Assembly (NCBI GenBank): GCA_043803945.1
Contig: JAZDJN010000010.1
Location: forward strand, 20,823-84,822
Reading direction: 5' to 3'
From: a bacterium
GTDB lineage: Bacteria > Bacteroidota > Ignavibacteria > UBA10030
Length of the DNA stretch: 64,000 nucleotides
Made by a program: the position numbers and the translations under genes. Positions 1-11,214 of the stretch are shown here, in pieces. The notes beneath the pieces are model-generated. The model had not been told where the DNA came from. It was given only the letters and a program-made list of their open reading frames with translations, and made no database searches. Every line of letters starts with the position of its first letter. Position 1 is the first letter of the stretch.

Positions 1-292
1 CTTCGCGTCCGGCTCCCGGTCCTTTAATGAATACTTCTACGCGGCGAAGCCCAAGATCGTACGCCTCTTTGGCCGCTGCCTCTGCAGAAACCTGAGCGGC
101 GAACGGCGTGTTTTTCCGTGAACCTTTGAAGCCATTACGTCCCGCGGAAGACCATGAGATCACATTGCCGTAGGTATCCGTCAAGGTTACCTGAACATTG
201 TTAAAGGTCGCTTTGACGAACGCTTTTCCGTTCGCGTCGACATGGACTTTCTTCTTCTTTTTCGTTACGGGAGCAGATGATTGCTTTGCCAA
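1..292 (-). CDS. rpsK: 30S ribosomal protein S11 (3' end runs off window)
   Basis: Hand translation from TTG at 292: [39 protein letters not shown]...[14 protein letters not shown]...KGPGAGRE; GAAGGAG RBS upstream; follows rpsM. Confidence 0.97.
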   Translation of the reverse strand, partial: MAKQSSAPVTKKKKKVHVDANGKAFVKATFNNVQVTLTDTYGNVISWSSAGRNGFKGSRKNTPFAAQVSAEAAAKEAYDLGLRRVEVFIKGPGAGRE

Positions 293-340
293 GTACTGTT
301 CTCCTTCCGAAGGTGATCCTTCGGGTTGAATAAATAAGTA

Positions 341-724
341 TTACTTCTTCTCGATTGCCTTCTTCTTACCGGCAACGGTCTTTCTCTTGCCCTTGCGTGT
401 ACGGGAGTTCGTCCGGGTGCGCTGCCCTCGAACCGGAAGCCCTTTACGATGGCGTAAGCCGCGATAGCAGCCGATGTCCATCAATCGCTTCAGGTTCATC
501 TGGGTTTCACTGCGCATCGCACCTTCGACCTTGTAGTCGGCCTGGATGACTGAGCGGATATTGGATACCTCTTCATCCGTCAATTCACCAATCCGTTTTG
601 CCGGATTCACTCCAGCTTTTGCGAGTATTTCAAGCGCTGTCGATCGGCCGATCCCGAAGATATAGGTCAACCCGATATCCGAGCGTTTGTTTTTTGGAAG
701 ATCAACTCCAGCTATACGAGCCAC
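341..724 (-). CDS. rpsM: 30S ribosomal protein S13
   Basis: [10 protein letters not shown]...[20 protein letters not shown]. Confidence 0.99.
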   Translation of the reverse strand: MARIAGVDLPKNKRSDIGLTYIFGIGRSTALEILAKAGVNPAKRIGELTDEEVSNIRSVIQADYKVEGAMRSETQMNLKRLMDIGCYRGLRHRKGLPVRGQRTRTNSRTRKGKRKTVAGKKKAIEKK

Positions 725-751
725 GTACTCTCTTCTCCTAGGTTTACGTTA

Positions 752-865
752 TTATCCTTGCCGCTGCTTATGCTTCGGATTCTTACAGATCACCTGAACC
801 ACGCCCTTGCGACGGATGATTTTACATTTATCACAAATCTTTTTCACTGACGATCGAACTTTCAT
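752..865 (-). CDS. rpmJ: 50S ribosomal protein L36 (zinc-binding form, 37 aa)
   Basis: Below ORF-track cutoff; hand translation [37 protein letters not shown]. Confidence 0.98.
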   Translation of the reverse strand: MKVRSSVKKICDKCKIIRRKGVVQVICKNPKHKQRQG

Positions 866-897
866 TACTCACCTCTCACTCTCGTTATTGCACCAAC

Positions 898-1116
898 TCA
901 CTTGTACCGGTATGTGATTCGTCCCTTTGATAAATCGTACGGCGACATCTCTACAGTCACCTTATCGCCAACAAGGATCTTGATGAAATGCATTCTCATC
1001 TTGCCTGAGATATGCGCCAGGATCTCGTGACCATTATCAAGCTTCACGCGAAACGTTGCGTTGGGCAGCGTTTCCGTTATGACTCCATCAACTTTTATCG
1101 GACCTTGTTTCGCCAT
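898..1116 (-). CDS. infA: Translation initiation factor IF-1
   Basis: [34 protein letters not shown]...[13 protein letters not shown]. Confidence 0.99.
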   Translation of the reverse strand: MAKQGPIKVDGVITETLPNATFRVKLDNGHEILAHISGKMRMHFIKILVGDKVTVEMSPYDLSKGRITYRYK

Positions 1117-1130
1117 TCAGTGCTCGTGCA

Positions 1131-1889
1131 CTACTCAGTTAGGATTTCTGCTTTGCCGTTGACGATTGCTATCGTGTGCTCAAAATGAGCTGATGGCTGA
1201 CCATCCGTGGTCCTTACCGTCCAGCCATCGGAATCAATCTTTACTTTCCACGTCCCATAGTTAACCATGGGCTCAATGGCCAATGTCATCCCCTCCTGCA
1301 GCTTACCTCCTGTGCCCGACCTGCCATAATTCGGGACAGCGGGTTCCTCGTGTAACTCGACGCCGACACCGTGTCCAACGAGATCCCGAACAACCGAAAA
1401 GCCGTGGCTCTCGATGTGGGTCTGGATCGCAGAGGAGATATCGTGAATCCGATTCCCTGCGACAGCCTGATCGATGCCAAGGTAAAGCGATTCTTCGGTT
1501 GCCTTCAGGAGTTTCTTTTTCTCGCTGGAGACTTCTCCGATTTGAAAAGAATGCGCTCCATCGCCATACCATCCCTCTTTCTTCACACCCACATCGATCG
1601 AGAGTATTTCTCCCTCCTTCAATTCACGCTTCGAAGGGATTCCATGAACAACAACATCGTCAACCGATGTGCAGAGAGTCGCCGGATAAAGATTATCCTG
1701 TGAACGTCCATACCCTTTGAATGCAGGCTCTGCTCCGCAAGACCGAATATACTCTTCCGCGATCCGATCAAGTTCGAGGGTTGTGACACCCGGTTTAGCA
1801 TACGCTCCTATGAGTTTGAGCACTTCAGCAACAATCTTACTGCTGACTCTCATCAGCTCAATTTCGCGTTTCGTCTTGATCCGAATCAT
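1131..1889 (-). CDS. map: Type I methionine aminopeptidase
   Basis: VVHGIP, IDVG, GDGA, GHGVG..LHEEP, AIEPM, AHFEHT metal-site motifs; position after secY. Confidence 0.98.
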   Translation of the reverse strand: MIRIKTKREIELMRVSSKIVAEVLKLIGAYAKPGVTTLELDRIAEEYIRSCGAEPAFKGYGRSQDNLYPATLCTSVDDVVVHGIPSKRELKEGEILSIDVGVKKEGWYGDGAHSFQIGEVSSEKKKLLKATEESLYLGIDQAVAGNRIHDISSAIQTHIESHGFSVVRDLVGHGVGVELHEEPAVPNYGRSGTGGKLQEGMTLAIEPMVNYGTWKVKIDSDGWTVRTTDGQPSAHFEHTIAIVNGKAEILTE

Positions 1890-1905
1890 CGAGAACCGGA
1901 GAGTA

Positions 1906-3246
1906 TTAGCTCCTGCGACCTTTCATCTTACCGCTCTTCATAAAGCCGTCATAATGTCGCATCAGGAGATGCGATTCGACCTGCTGAAGAGTATCGAGCA
2001 CGACGCCAACTGCAATTAATAAGCTGGTTCCGCCAAAGAACTGTGCAAAATTCCCCGACACATTACCGATATGGATCATGACGGTCGGGAGAATTGCTAT
2101 GATTGCCAGGAAGACCGATCCGGGCAACGTAATTTTTGTCAAAATGTTATCAATAAAGTCTGATGTGTGACTGCCTGGACGGATACCGGGAATGAATCCA
2201 CCCTGCTTCTTCATATTATCAGCAACGTCTTTTGGATTGAAGGCGATCGCCGTATAGAAATAGGTGAAGAAGATAATCATCAACGCATAGAGGATCGAAT
2301 AGGTCCATGAATCATAATGAAACCATCCAGCCAGGTTGACGAAGAATTCAGATTCTGGGAACAAGCCGATGACAATACCGGGAATAAACATGATTGCCTG
2401 GGCAAAAATAAGCGGCATAACACCGGCTGTGTTGACACGCAGCGGAATGTACTGGGTGACACCACCATACACTTTTCGACCGATCACTCTCTTTGCATAT
2501 TGCACCGGAATACGCCGCGTTCCCTGAGTAACGAGAATCACACCTGCCACGATAAATCCAAGAACCACCCAAACTACCATCTCAATAATGAGGTTCTTAC
2601 CGCTCATGACCAATTGAATCTCATCAAAGAGTGCCGCCGGGAATCGTGCGATGATGCCGATGAAGATGATAAGTGAGATTCCGTTTCCGATCCCTCGTTC
2701 CGTAATTTGTTCACCCAGCCACATCATGAACATCGTACCAGCAGTCAGCACGATGATGGTGCTTGCATAGTAGAGTGCTCCAGCGTGAGGTACGATCGGA
2801 ACGACTGAGCCGCCGACTTCTGCTGTGACATCCTGCAAACTGATTGCAACACCAATCGCCTGCAATGCTGCTATCAGCACCGTTCCATAACGGGTGTATT
2901 GAGTAATTTTTTTCCGACCATCCTCGCCTTCCTTCTGAAGTTTCTGGAAGTATGGGAAAACAGCGCCCAGCAACTGGATGACGATTGAGGAACTGATGTA
3001 GGGCATAATGCCAAGTGCAAAGATGGCAGCATTGGCAAGGGCACCACCGACGAATGTATCGTAGAGTCCAAAGAGACCGCCTTCGAGCCTCTTTGATGTT
3101 AACGCAACGATTGCTCCATCCACACCCGGAAGTGTGATATGGGCACCGATACGACAGACGATCAGGATAGCCGCAGTAAAGAGCAACCGTTCACGCAGTT
3201 CCTGAATTCTAATGATATTTCCAAAGGTCTCAGTTAATTTACTCAT
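1906..3246 (-). CDS. secY: Preprotein translocase subunit SecY
   Basis: IFALGIMPYISSSI, WLGEQITERGIGNGISLII, GGTSLLI. Confidence 0.99.
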   Translation of the reverse strand: MSKLTETFGNIIRIQELRERLLFTAAILIVCRIGAHITLPGVDGAIVALTSKRLEGGLFGLYDTFVGGALANAAIFALGIMPYISSSIVIQLLGAVFPYFQKLQKEGEDGRKKITQYTRYGTVLIAALQAIGVAISLQDVTAEVGGSVVPIVPHAGALYYASTIIVLTAGTMFMMWLGEQITERGIGNGISLIIFIGIIARFPAALFDEIQLVMSGKNLIIEMVVWVVLGFIVAGVILVTQGTRRIPVQYAKRVIGRKVYGGVTQYIPLRVNTAGVMPLIFAQAIMFIPGIVIGLFPESEFFVNLAGWFHYDSWTYSILYALMIIFFTYFYTAIAFNPKDVADNMKKQGGFIPGIRPGSHTSDFIDNILTKITLPGSVFLAIIAILPTVMIHIGNVSGNFAQFFGGTSLLIAVGVVLDTLQQVESHLLMRHYDGFMKSGKMKGRRS

Positions 3247-3728
3247 TTCTTCGCTTGCTCTTTTGTGAGTACGGTGACTTTCCCACCGGCTGCTTCAATC
3301 TTGGTGACAGCCGACTTGCTGAATGCATGAGCGGTCACTTCCAACTTCGTGTTCAACTCTCCAGTACCCAGTACCTTGACCGGTTCATGTTTTTTCGTGA
3401 TCAAACCGACTTTATACATCACATCGGGGTTGACGATTCCGTCTTCAAACTTCTTTGCCGCGGCTCGCGTTTCAAGATTCTCAACATTGACAACCTGCAC
3501 GTCGACTGCGTTTCTGCTCTTGAAGCCAAACTTCGGCACACGCCGTGAAAGCGGCATCTGCCCGCCTTCGAACCAGAGTTTAAACTTATGACCAGATCGG
3601 GATTTGGCTCCCTTATGACCCTTGGTTGCTGTTCCACCGTGACCCGAACCCTGTCCGCGTCCGATTCTTTTCACTTTTCTTCTCGACCCTTTTGCGGGGG
3701 TGAGATTACTTAAAATATCTTTTCCCAT
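3243..3728 (-). CDS. rplO: 50S ribosomal protein L15
   Basis: GRGQGSGHGGTATKGHKG...FEGGQMPL. Confidence 0.99.
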   Translation of the reverse strand: MGKDILSNLTPAKGSRRKVKRIGRGQGSGHGGTATKGHKGAKSRSGHKFKLWFEGGQMPLSRRVPKFGFKSRNAVDVQVVNVENLETRAAAKKFEDGIVNPDVMYKVGLITKKHEPVKVLGTGELNTKLEVTAHAFSKSAVTKIEAAGGKVTVLTKEQAKK

Positions 3729-3778
3729 TCTAGAAATCCCCTACGTCCGGTTTGTTGACGACCGGAAATCAATTGAAC

Positions 3779-3970
3779 TTATTTTAATTCTTCGACACGA
3801 ACCAGATGACGAACAGCATTAATCATTCCGCGAATTTGCGGCGAATCATTCTTCACCACGAAGTAGTGTGGCCTGCCAAGTCCCAATGCTTTGATGGTCC
3901 GTTTGGCATTCTCTAGTTCATCGATGATGCTGCGTATCTGTGTGATCTTTATTTTCTTTATCTCTGTCAT
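3779..3970 (-). CDS. rpmD: 50S ribosomal protein L30
   Basis: IKITQIRSII...ALGL...IRGMI; position between rpsE and rplO. Confidence 0.96.
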   Translation of the reverse strand: MTEIKKIKITQIRSIIDELENAKRTIKALGLGRPHYFVVKNDSPQIRGMINAVRHLVRVEELK

Positions 3971-3981
3971 GCTTCAACTCA

Positions 3982-4488
3982 TTATTGTTGCTGGAACAAT
4001 TCCGAAAGTGTTATACCGCGGCGTTCTGCCATCATGTGCGGATCAGTAAGCATCGTTAATGCTTTCATGGTCGCCTTCACCACGTTGTGTGGATTGGAAG
4101 ATCCCATCTGTTTCGTTAGAACGTCTTTCACACCGGCCGATTCAAGAACGGCTCGCACTCCGCCGCCAGCGATCAACCCGGTGCCGGGCGACGCGGGTTT
4201 GAGAAGGACTCGACCAGCTCCGAATTTCCCGATCACTTCATGGGGAATCGTTCCCCGAAGCACCGGGACTTTAACGACATTCTTTTTTGCATCGTCGACA
4301 CCTTTGGCGATGGCATCGGCAACTTCGTTTGCTTTTCCAAGGCCGATTCCGACGTGACCGTTACCGTCTCCGACGACAACAATCGCATTGAAACTGAACC
4401 GACGGCCACCCTTCACCACTTTAGCGACGCGGTTGATGTGAACCAATCGTTCCTTGAGCTCCAGCTCTCCTGCTTTAATCTTAGACAT
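3982..4488 (-). CDS. rpsE: 30S ribosomal protein S5
   Basis: [16 protein letters not shown]...GTGLIAGG. Confidence 0.99.
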   Translation of the reverse strand: MSKIKAGELELKERLVHINRVAKVVKGGRRFSFNAIVVVGDGNGHVGIGLGKANEVADAIAKGVDDAKKNVVKVPVLRGTIPHEVIGKFGAGRVLLKPASPGTGLIAGGGVRAVLESAGVKDVLTKQMGSSNPHNVVKATMKALTMLTDPHMMAERRGITLSELFQQQ

Positions 4489-4517
4489 TGAACTCTTCGA
4501 CGTTTAAGTGAAAGTTA

Positions 4518-4886
4518 TTAGAATTTCAAACCGGCTTCACGGGCGCCATCGGCAACTGCCTTGACCCGACCGTGATACAGATATCCATTCCGATCGTAGA
4601 CCGCCTGCGTGATGTTCTTCTCAAGCGCGAGTTTTCCCGCTGCCTTGCCGATGACCTTGCATCGCTCGATCTTGGATTTTGTGGATTTCAGTTCTTCCTG
4701 AAGTTCCTTTGTCCGGCTCGATGTGGAGACGAGTGTTTTCCCCACCGTGTCATCAATGAGCTGGGCATAAATGTGCTTCGCACTGCGATAAATTGTTAAT
4801 CGTGGACGTTCCGGTGTACCGGAAATTTTCTTCCGGATACTAACTTTTTTCTTCTTCCAGCGACCGATCGTATTTTTCTGTATCAT
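4518..4886 (-). CDS. rplR: 50S ribosomal protein L18
   Basis: [13 protein letters not shown]...[25 protein letters not shown]. Confidence 0.99.
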   Translation of the reverse strand: MIQKNTIGRWKKKKVSIRKKISGTPERPRLTIYRSAKHIYAQLIDDTVGKTLVSTSSRTKELQEELKSTKSKIERCKVIGKAAGKLALEKNITQAVYDRNGYLYHGRVKAVADGAREAGLKF

Positions 4887-4936
4887 AGATTACTTTCCTT
4901 ACTTCACCGCGAATGGTTTTTCACGTACGTCACGCG

Positions 4937-5485
4937 TTACTTTGCTCCCGTTGCTGCTGCTTTACCGGCTTTCCGACGGATGTACTCACCTTCGTACTTG
5001 ATGCCTTTGCCTTTGTACGGTTCGGGCGGACGGAAGGAACGGATTTTCGCTGCAACAAGACCGATCAGTTGTTTGTCGATCCCTGATATGAGAATGCTCG
5101 TTTGTGTTGGTGTTTCCAATTTTATTCCTTCGGGTGCGCCGAAGAGAATCGGGTGGGAGTACCCAATCTGGAGGTGCAACTTAGACCCCTTCATTTCCGC
5201 ACGGTATCCAACGCCGACGATTTCGAGTTTCCGGGAATATCCCTGCGACACTCCAATTACCATGTTTTGAATCAATGCGCGCCAGAGGCCATGGAGAGCA
5301 CGGAATTTTTTCTCATCGGAGTGGCGAAGGACCTGCATTTCACTTTCCTTCACTTCAACCGAGATATTGGGATGCAACTGTGCGGAGAGCTCGCCTTTTG
5401 GACCTTTAACCACCAGCGATCCATCCTTTGCTGAAATATTAATGCCCTTCAGAATCTGAATGGGCTTTCGACCAATTCGTGACAC
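4937..5485 (-). CDS. rplF: 50S ribosomal protein L6
   Basis: Start placed at GTG 5485 (MSRIGRKP) after AGGAG RBS; RPPEPYKGKGIKY. Confidence 0.98.
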   Translation of the reverse strand: MSRIGRKPIQILKGINISAKDGSLVVKGPKGELSAQLHPNISVEVKESEMQVLRHSDEKKFRALHGLWRALIQNMVIGVSQGYSRKLEIVGVGYRAEMKGSKLHLQIGYSHPILFGAPEGIKLETPTQTSILISGIDKQLIGLVAAKIRSFRPPEPYKGKGIKYEGEYIRRKAGKAAATGAK

Positions 5486-5515
5486 GTTCTTGTCTCCTAG
5501 AATCAAATCAATGAA

Positions 5516-5911
5516 TTACCACACGTAGGCGAGCACTTCGCCACCGACATGGAGCTTTCGCGCCTGAACGCCGGTCATGACACCTTTGGATGTGGAAATA
5601 ATGGCAACACCGAGACCGCCAAGTACACGGGGCAGCTCTTCCGACTGATGATACAATCGAAGTCCGGGCCGGCTCACGCGCCGCATGCCGGTAATCACCG
5701 ACTTCCCCTGGTTGTACTTCAATTGAATGCGCAGAATACCCTGCTTTCCATCCTCCAACATTGCAATGCTGGTTATGTACTTTTGATCGAGCAAAATCTG
5801 AGCGATTGCCTTTTTCAGTTTTGACGCCGGAATATCAACACGTTTGTGTTTTGCCTTCGCAGCGTTTCGAACACGAGTTAAAAAATCCGCAATGGGATCT
5901 GTAATCGACAT
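5516..5911 (-). CDS. rpsH: 30S ribosomal protein S8
   Basis: [13 protein letters not shown]...SRPGLR...STSKGVM...GGEVLAYVW. Confidence 0.99.
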   Translation of the reverse strand: MSITDPIADFLTRVRNAAKAKHKRVDIPASKLKKAIAQILLDQKYITSIAMLEDGKQGILRIQLKYNQGKSVITGMRRVSRPGLRLYHQSEELPRVLGGLGVAIISTSKGVMTGVQARKLHVGGEVLAYVW

Positions 5912-5950
5912 TACTTCACTTCTCCTAATAAATGAGATCGAACGTACAAC

Positions 5951-6136
5951 TCACCAACTAGCTTTTCGAACACCTGGAATCTTTCCGTCAAGAGCAAGAT
6001 TACGCAGGCAGATCCGGCAGACTCCGAACTTGCGGTAGTAAGCCCGGGGCCTTCCACAAATGTTGCACCGATTATGTTGACGCACTTTATACTTAGGCGT
6101 TCTCTTCGCCTTCACTCGCATTGCTAAGCGTGCCAA
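5951..6136 (-). CDS. rpsN: 30S ribosomal protein S14, zinc-binding type Z
   Basis: 61 aa, RCNICGRPR...CRICLR...IPGVRKASW; TTG start. Confidence 0.98.
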   Translation of the reverse strand: MARLAMRVKAKRTPKYKVRQHNRCNICGRPRAYYRKFGVCRICLRNLALDGKIPGVRKASW

Positions 6137-6159
6137 AGTAATCCCTTTTCGTTAATGTG

Positions 6160-6840
6160 TTAAACTGCTGTTGATGTTTGAACGACTTCCTGTCGCCTCA
6201 CAAACGGCATTCCGAGCGCTTTCAATAACTCATATGCTTCCTGGTCTGTCAGCGCCGTTGTTACAAACGTAACATCCATTCCCGTAATCTTTGTTACTTT
6301 ATCGACGTCGATTTCCGCAAAGATAATCTGTTCTTTGATGCCAAGCGTGTAATTCCCATGTCCGTCGAAGGACTTATCGGAGACACCGCGGAAGTCACGC
6401 ACTCTCGGCAGGGCAAGATTAATGAGACGATCTACAAACTCGTACATCTTCGCCCGACGGAGTGTAACCCGGCAGCCGATGGCCAACCCTTCACGCAATT
6501 TAAAATTCGAAATTGCTTTCTTTGATTTTGTGATGGCAACCTTTTGCCCGGTGATCGCTTCAAGTTCCTTCACTGCCACATCGAGCAGTTTGGGATCCTG
6601 CGTTGCGTCTCCAACACCGATGTTCACCGAAACCTTTTCGAGTTTCGGTACCTGCATGACACTCTCATACTCGAACCGTTTCATCAGGGCCGGTACAATG
6701 ACGGTGCGATATTGTGTGAAGAGACGGGGCGCAACACCGCGTTCCTGAACACCGGCGACCTGTTTTTTCGATGAAGCTTCCGCACCACCTTTTTCGACTT
6801 TTCCGCCTTTTGCTTTCTTGACTTCCTTTTCTTTCGCCAT
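6160..6840 (-). CDS. rplE: 50S ribosomal protein L5 with Lys-rich N-terminal extension
   Basis: ISNFKLREG...LPRVRDFRG...[10 protein letters not shown]. Confidence 0.99.
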   Translation of the reverse strand: MAKEKEVKKAKGGKVEKGGAEASSKKQVAGVQERGVAPRLFTQYRTVIVPALMKRFEYESVMQVPKLEKVSVNIGVGDATQDPKLLDVAVKELEAITGQKVAITKSKKAISNFKLREGLAIGCRVTLRRAKMYEFVDRLINLALPRVRDFRGVSDKSFDGHGNYTLGIKEQIIFAEIDVDKVTKITGMDVTFVTTALTDQEAYELLKALGMPFVRRQEVVQTSTAV

Positions 6841-6851
6841 GAACTAATTCC

Positions 6852-7175
6852 TTAGAACATCTCGTTACAATTTTTGCAGATACGAACTGTTTTCCGTTTA
6901 CTTGTGGTGACATCCTTCACATGCGCGTGACCAATCCGGGTTGCCTTGCTGCACTTCGGGCAGATCACCATCACGTTGGAAACACTGATTGGAGCTTCCT
7001 TCTGCATAATGCCACCCTGGGGACTTTTTTGCGATGGACGGGTGTGCCGTTTCACCATATTCACATTCTCGACGATCACCCGATTATTGACGGGAAACAC
7101 CTTGAGCACTTTACCCTGTTTGCCACGCGAGTTTCCGGCAATCACAATGACGATATCATTTTTATGTACGTGCAT
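6852..7175 (-). CDS. rplX: 50S ribosomal protein L24
   Basis: KOW motif VIAGNSRGKQGKVLKV; QGGIMQKEAPISVSNV. Confidence 0.99.
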   Translation of the reverse strand: MHVHKNDIVIVIAGNSRGKQGKVLKVFPVNNRVIVENVNMVKRHTRPSQKSPQGGIMQKEAPISVSNVMVICPKCSKATRIGHAHVKDVTTSKRKTVRICKNCNEMF

Positions 7176-7192
7176 AGTCTAATCCTTCTTGC

Positions 7193-7561
7193 TTAAAGCA
7201 CTTCAGGCGCCAATGAAACGATCTTCATGTACTGCTTCTCACGGAGTTCCCGTGCAACGGGTCCGAAGATTCGCGTGCCGCGTGGTTCTCCCTGAGGATT
7301 GAGAAGAACGACGGCATTTTCATCGAATCGGATATAGGAGCCATCCTTCCGGCCCACTTCTTTTTTCGTTCGCACGACAACGGCGCGAGAGACATCTCCC
7401 TTTTTTACCGGTGCTCCGGGGATGGCGCTCTTCACAGCAACCACAACAAGATCTCCAAGCGAGGCGTATCGTTTATCGTGCCCGCCAAGGACGCGAATAC
7501 ACCGAACTTTTTTTGCACCTGAATTATCTGCAACGACCAGATTCGTTTCTTCCTGAATCAT
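7193..7561 (-). CDS. rplN: 50S ribosomal protein L14
   Basis: [17 protein letters not shown]...[13 protein letters not shown]...SLAPEVL. Confidence 0.99.
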   Translation of the reverse strand: MIQEETNLVVADNSGAKKVRCIRVLGGHDKRYASLGDLVVVAVKSAIPGAPVKKGDVSRAVVVRTKKEVGRKDGSYIRFDENAVVLLNPQGEPRGTRIFGPVARELREKQYMKIVSLAPEVL

Positions 7562-7585
7562 CGGAAGCTCCTCTTCTTCACAACG

Positions 7586-7867
7586 TTATTTTGCTTTTTC
7601 AACTATCTCAACCAACCGCCACCGTTTCAGCTTACTGATCGGCCGAGTCTCCATTACTTTCACCGTGTCACCCATAGACGCTTCGTTCTTCTCATCATGC
7701 GCCATGAGTTTGCTGGTCGCACGGTAATACTTCTTGTACAGTGGATGCGATACTTTTCGCTCCAGAGCAACAACGATACTCTTATTCATTTTTTGACTGA
7801 CGACTTTCCCGATACGAACTTTTCGTCGGTGTCGTTGTGGTTGTTGAGCGGTTGGTTCCGTAGTCAT
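7586..7867 (-). CDS. rpsQ: 30S ribosomal protein S17
   Basis: [14 protein letters not shown]...HPLYKK...AHDE...[11 protein letters not shown]. Confidence 0.99.
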   Translation of the reverse strand: MTTEPTAQQPQRHRRKVRIGKVVSQKMNKSIVVALERKVSHPLYKKYYRATSKLMAHDEKNEASMGDTVKVMETRPISKLKRWRLVEIVEKAK

Positions 7868-7870
7868 CCG

Positions 7871-8119
7871 TTACACCTTTTTTGCTTGATCTGATTCTGC
7901 CGGCGTTTCTGTGGATTGCTGCTTCTTCGCTTTCAGTTGCCGAGCGCGCAGCACTGTCTGCATCCGTGCAATGTCCCTGCGGAGCAGGCGCAGTTTCATG
8001 GGGTTCTCGAGTTGATTCAGAACCTTTTGGAACCGGAGGTTCGCCAGGCTTTCTTCTTCTTCTTGAATTCTCTTGACCAGTTCAGAGTCAGTGAGATCTC
8101 GTAATTCAAATGCTTTCAT
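7871..8119 (-). CDS. rpmC: 50S ribosomal protein L29
   Basis: LRFQ...LENP...RRDIARMQT; position between rplP and rpsQ. Confidence 0.97.
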   Translation of the reverse strand: MKAFELRDLTDSELVKRIQEEEESLANLRFQKVLNQLENPMKLRLLRRDIARMQTVLRARQLKAKKQQSTETPAESDQAKKV

Positions 8120-8143
8120 GATTTCAATTTCTCCTTACACGCT

Positions 8144-8566
8144 TCAATGCGCTTCGTAATCGAGGCGTGTGACAAGCTTTGTCTTGATCGGCAGCTTATG
8201 AGCTGCGAGCGTACATGCTTCCTGTGCCACTGTCTTGGAAATGCCTCCCAATTCGAAGAGGATCCTTCCAGGCTTAATGACAGCGACCCAGAACTCCGGT
8301 GTTCCCTTTCCGCTTCCCATACGAGTTTCAGCGGGTTTCTTCGACACCGGTTTATCGGGGAAGATGCGAATCCACACTTTTCCTTCGCGTTTCATCATAC
8401 GCGTTACAGCAACGCGGCATGATTCGATCTGACGCTGGGTAATCCAACCGGGTTCCATTGCCTTCAAACCAAAGTCCCCAAAGGCAATTGTTGCACCGCG
8501 GGTTGCTTTTCCCCGCATACGGCCTCGTTGTGCTTTTCTAAATTTTACTCGTTTCGGCATTAACAT
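8144..8566 (-). CDS. rplP: 50S ribosomal protein L16
   Basis: [11 protein letters not shown]...WIRIFPDKP...ETRMGSGKG. Confidence 0.99.
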   Translation of the reverse strand: MLMPKRVKFRKAQRGRMRGKATRGATIAFGDFGLKAMEPGWITQRQIESCRVAVTRMMKREGKVWIRIFPDKPVSKKPAETRMGSGKGTPEFWVAVIKPGRILFELGGISKTVAQEACTLAAHKLPIKTKLVTRLDYEAH

Positions 8567-8584
8567 AGAATACTCTCTCCTCGC

Positions 8585-9223
8585 TTACCGGCCTACTGGT
8601 CCAAGAATTTCTCCGCGGCAGATCCACACCTTCACACCGATGGCACCATAAATTGTACGTGCAGTCGATGTTGCATAATCGATGTCCGCACGAATGGTGT
8701 GCAGAGGAATGCGGCCCTCTTTGTATTGCTCACTGCGCGCAATTTCTGCCCCGCCGAGCCTGCCAGCACACATCACCCTGATTCCTTCAGCTCCCATCCG
8801 CATCGCAGCAGTAATCGATTGTTTCATTGCACGGCGGAAGGAAATTCTCCCTTCGAGTTGACCGGCAATAGCGTCTGCAACAAGGAAGGCATCAAGTTCT
8901 GGTCTTTTAATTTCGTGAATCAAAATCTTCACTTCTTTTGAGGTGACTTTCTTCAATTCTTCCTCAAGCTGGGCGATCTCTTTTCCGCTCTTGCCGATCA
9001 CAATCCCAGGACGGGATGTATGAATCGTGATCACGGCGCGCTTTGGTGTCCGCTCAATCTGAATTCGGGATATCCCTGCCTTTTTCAAACGGCTACGGAT
9101 GTAACTCCGCACCATCAAATCTTCCTGCAGTTTTACGGAAAACCCTTTCTCGTCAAACCAATTTGAATCCCAGGTTTTTGTTACGCCGAGACGAAATCCG
9201 ACTGGATGAGTTTTCTGACCCAA
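8585..9223 (-). CDS. rpsC: 30S ribosomal protein S3
   Basis: [13 protein letters not shown]...[12 protein letters not shown]...[11 protein letters not shown]. Confidence 0.99.
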   Translation of the reverse strand: MGQKTHPVGFRLGVTKTWDSNWFDEKGFSVKLQEDLMVRSYIRSRLKKAGISRIQIERTPKRAVITIHTSRPGIVIGKSGKEIAQLEEELKKVTSKEVKILIHEIKRPELDAFLVADAIAGQLEGRISFRRAMKQSITAAMRMGAEGIRVMCAGRLGGAEIARSEQYKEGRIPLHTIRADIDYATSTARTIYGAIGVKVWICRGEILGPVGR

Positions 9224-9237
9224 AAGATCCTCCTCGT

Positions 9238-9681
9238 TCAGTGTTCTTTAACTTCTTGTTGTGGTTGTTGTTTAGATTTTTCCACTGATTTCTTTTTCTC
9301 TTCACCGGATGGTGCTGCTTTGACCGCTTTCTTCTTCTCCGCTCGTTTTGCGACGACGATTGTCAGATGATGGGAACGTTTTCTCACCCGGAACGCCCGA
9401 CCCATCGGTGCGGGAAGCACTCGTTTCATGGAGGCACCGGCATCGACAAATGCCGTCTTCACAATCAACTGGGTGAGATCGAGCCGACCGCCTTCATCTT
9501 TATTCTGGATATTCGACACGGCAGACCGAAGGACTTTCTCTGCCGTCTTGGCTGCATGTTTTGGAGAAAAGTGTAGGATAGTTAATGCCTCATCAACTTT
9601 GCGACCACGAATGAGGTCGACGACCAGCATCATCTTTCTCGGTGATGTTCCTATAAATTTATTAATCGCTCGTGCTTCCAT
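9238..9681 (-). CDS. rplV: 50S ribosomal protein L22
   Basis: Start likely ATG 9681 (MEARA; ORF extends to 9705); [27 protein letters not shown]. Confidence 0.97.
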   Translation of the reverse strand: MEARAINKFIGTSPRKMMLVVDLIRGRKVDEALTILHFSPKHAAKTAEKVLRSAVSNIQNKDEGGRLDLTQLIVKTAFVDAGASMKRVLPAPMGRAFRVRKRSHHLTIVVAKRAEKKKAVKAAPSGEEKKKSVEKSKQQPQQEVKEH

Positions 9682-9736
9682 ATCTCTTTCCTTTAATTCC
9701 GCCATTGCTGATCGGTGGAATTAATCTTCAATTCTA

Positions 9737-10024
9737 TTATGCAGGAGAAGTTGATTTTTCTGATTTCACTCCCGGATGCGCCCGGAAGATCCGCGTTGGT
9801 GCAAATTCACCAAGCTTATGGCCCACCATCGCTTCCTGCACATAGACAGGAATAAATTTATTGCCATTATGGACAGCAAAGGTATGTCCCACAAATTCTG
9901 GGATCACCGTGCACGAACGCGCCCAAGTCTTAATGACCTTTTTCTGATTGGACTTGTTGAGAACTTCAACTTTTTTCAACAACTTTTGATCGATGTAGGG
10001 ACCTTTTTTAAGCGAACGACTCAT
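9737..10024 (-). CDS. rpsS: 30S ribosomal protein S19
   Basis: [10 protein letters not shown]...[13 protein letters not shown]. Confidence 0.99.
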   Translation of the reverse strand: MSRSLKKGPYIDQKLLKKVEVLNKSNQKKVIKTWARSCTVIPEFVGHTFAVHNGNKFIPVYVQEAMVGHKLGEFAPTRIFRAHPGVKSEKSTSPA

Positions 10025-10056
10025 GTGCCTTATCTCGTGATCGTTTGATCAATTAG

Positions 10057-10890
10057 TTATTTACGTCGCTTGACAATTAATCTATTCGAAGAATTCTTTC
10101 TCTTTCGCGTCTTTAATCCTTTTGCATACTTGCCCCACGGTGATTCCGGATGTTGGCCACCGCCACCGCTCTTTGAACGGCCTTCACCACCACCCATCGG
10201 ATGATCCACGGGATTCATCGCCATACCGCGTGATTGCGGGCGGATCCCCAGCCAGCGAGACCGGCCGGCTTTTCCCAGACTGATATTTTCATGATCACCG
10301 TTACTCACCACACCAATGGTCGCATGGCAGAGAACCGGGACTTTTCGGACCTCACCAGAGGGAAGCTTAAGCGTTGCCAATAGCCCTTCCTTCGCCATGA
10401 GTTGAAGGGAATTACCGGCACTCCGTCCCAGCTGTCCACCTTTTTGTGGGATGAGTTCGACATTGTGAACAAACGTACCAACCGGAATCTCTACGATCGG
10501 AAGTGAATTTCCCACAGTGACCTCAGCACCCTTGCCGGACATCACTTTCTGTCCGATTTTCAATCCTTCAGGCGAAACGATATATCGTTTCTCGCCGTCA
10601 ATGTATTGAAGCAGGGCGATCCGTGCCGACCTGTTGGGATCGTATTCGATTGCTATGACTGTAGCTTCAACTCCATAGCGATTGCGTTTGAAATCAACGA
10701 GGCGGTACATCCGTTTATGTCCACCCCCCCGGTGACGCGAGGTCACCCGGCCAAGGTTATTCCTTCCTCCGGATTTCTTTAAGGGCGCCAGAAGCGATTT
10801 CTCCGGAGTCTTTTTTGTCACTTCCTCAAACGTCGACACTGAATAGAATCGCGTTGAGGGGGTCATTGGTCGTAATTTTCTAATTGCCAT
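10057..10890 (-). CDS. rplB: 50S ribosomal protein L2
   Basis: [12 protein letters not shown]...[13 protein letters not shown]. Confidence 0.99.
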   Translation of the reverse strand: MAIRKLRPMTPSTRFYSVSTFEEVTKKTPEKSLLAPLKKSGGRNNLGRVTSRHRGGGHKRMYRLVDFKRNRYGVEATVIAIEYDPNRSARIALLQYIDGEKRYIVSPEGLKIGQKVMSGKGAEVTVGNSLPIVEIPVGTFVHNVELIPQKGGQLGRSAGNSLQLMAKEGLLATLKLPSGEVRKVPVLCHATIGVVSNGDHENISLGKAGRSRWLGIRPQSRGMAMNPVDHPMGGGEGRSKSGGGGQHPESPWGKYAKGLKTRKRKNSSNRLIVKRRK

Positions 10891-10913
10891 ACAATTCCTG
10901 CCGTACCGTCAGA

Positions 10914-11204
10914 TCAAACGTTTTCAAAGTAATCTATTTTATCGCCTTCTTTCAACGTGACGATTGCTTTTTTCCAGGTATTGGTGTGCCCTTCAAATCG
11001 TCCTCGGCGAGTCAACTGCGTTTTGCGCTTTCCTTTGACGACGATGGTTCGAACACCGATCACCGTCACCTTGAATTTCTTTTCAACTGCCTTTGCAATC
11101 TCGATCTTGTTGGCACCCTCTTCAACTTCAAAAGCATAGTGCCGTTGATCCTGCATTGCAGTAATTTTTTCTGTTACGATCGGTCGTTTGAGAATTCCTG
11201 TCAT
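10914..11204 (-). CDS. rplW: 50S ribosomal protein L23
   Basis: PIVTEK...ANKIEIAKAVE...WKKAIVTL. Confidence 0.99.
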   Translation of the reverse strand: MTGILKRPIVTEKITAMQDQRHYAFEVEEGANKIEIAKAVEKKFKVTVIGVRTIVVKGKRKTQLTRRGRFEGHTNTWKKAIVTLKEGDKIDYFENV

Positions 11205-11214
11205 GACACTTCAC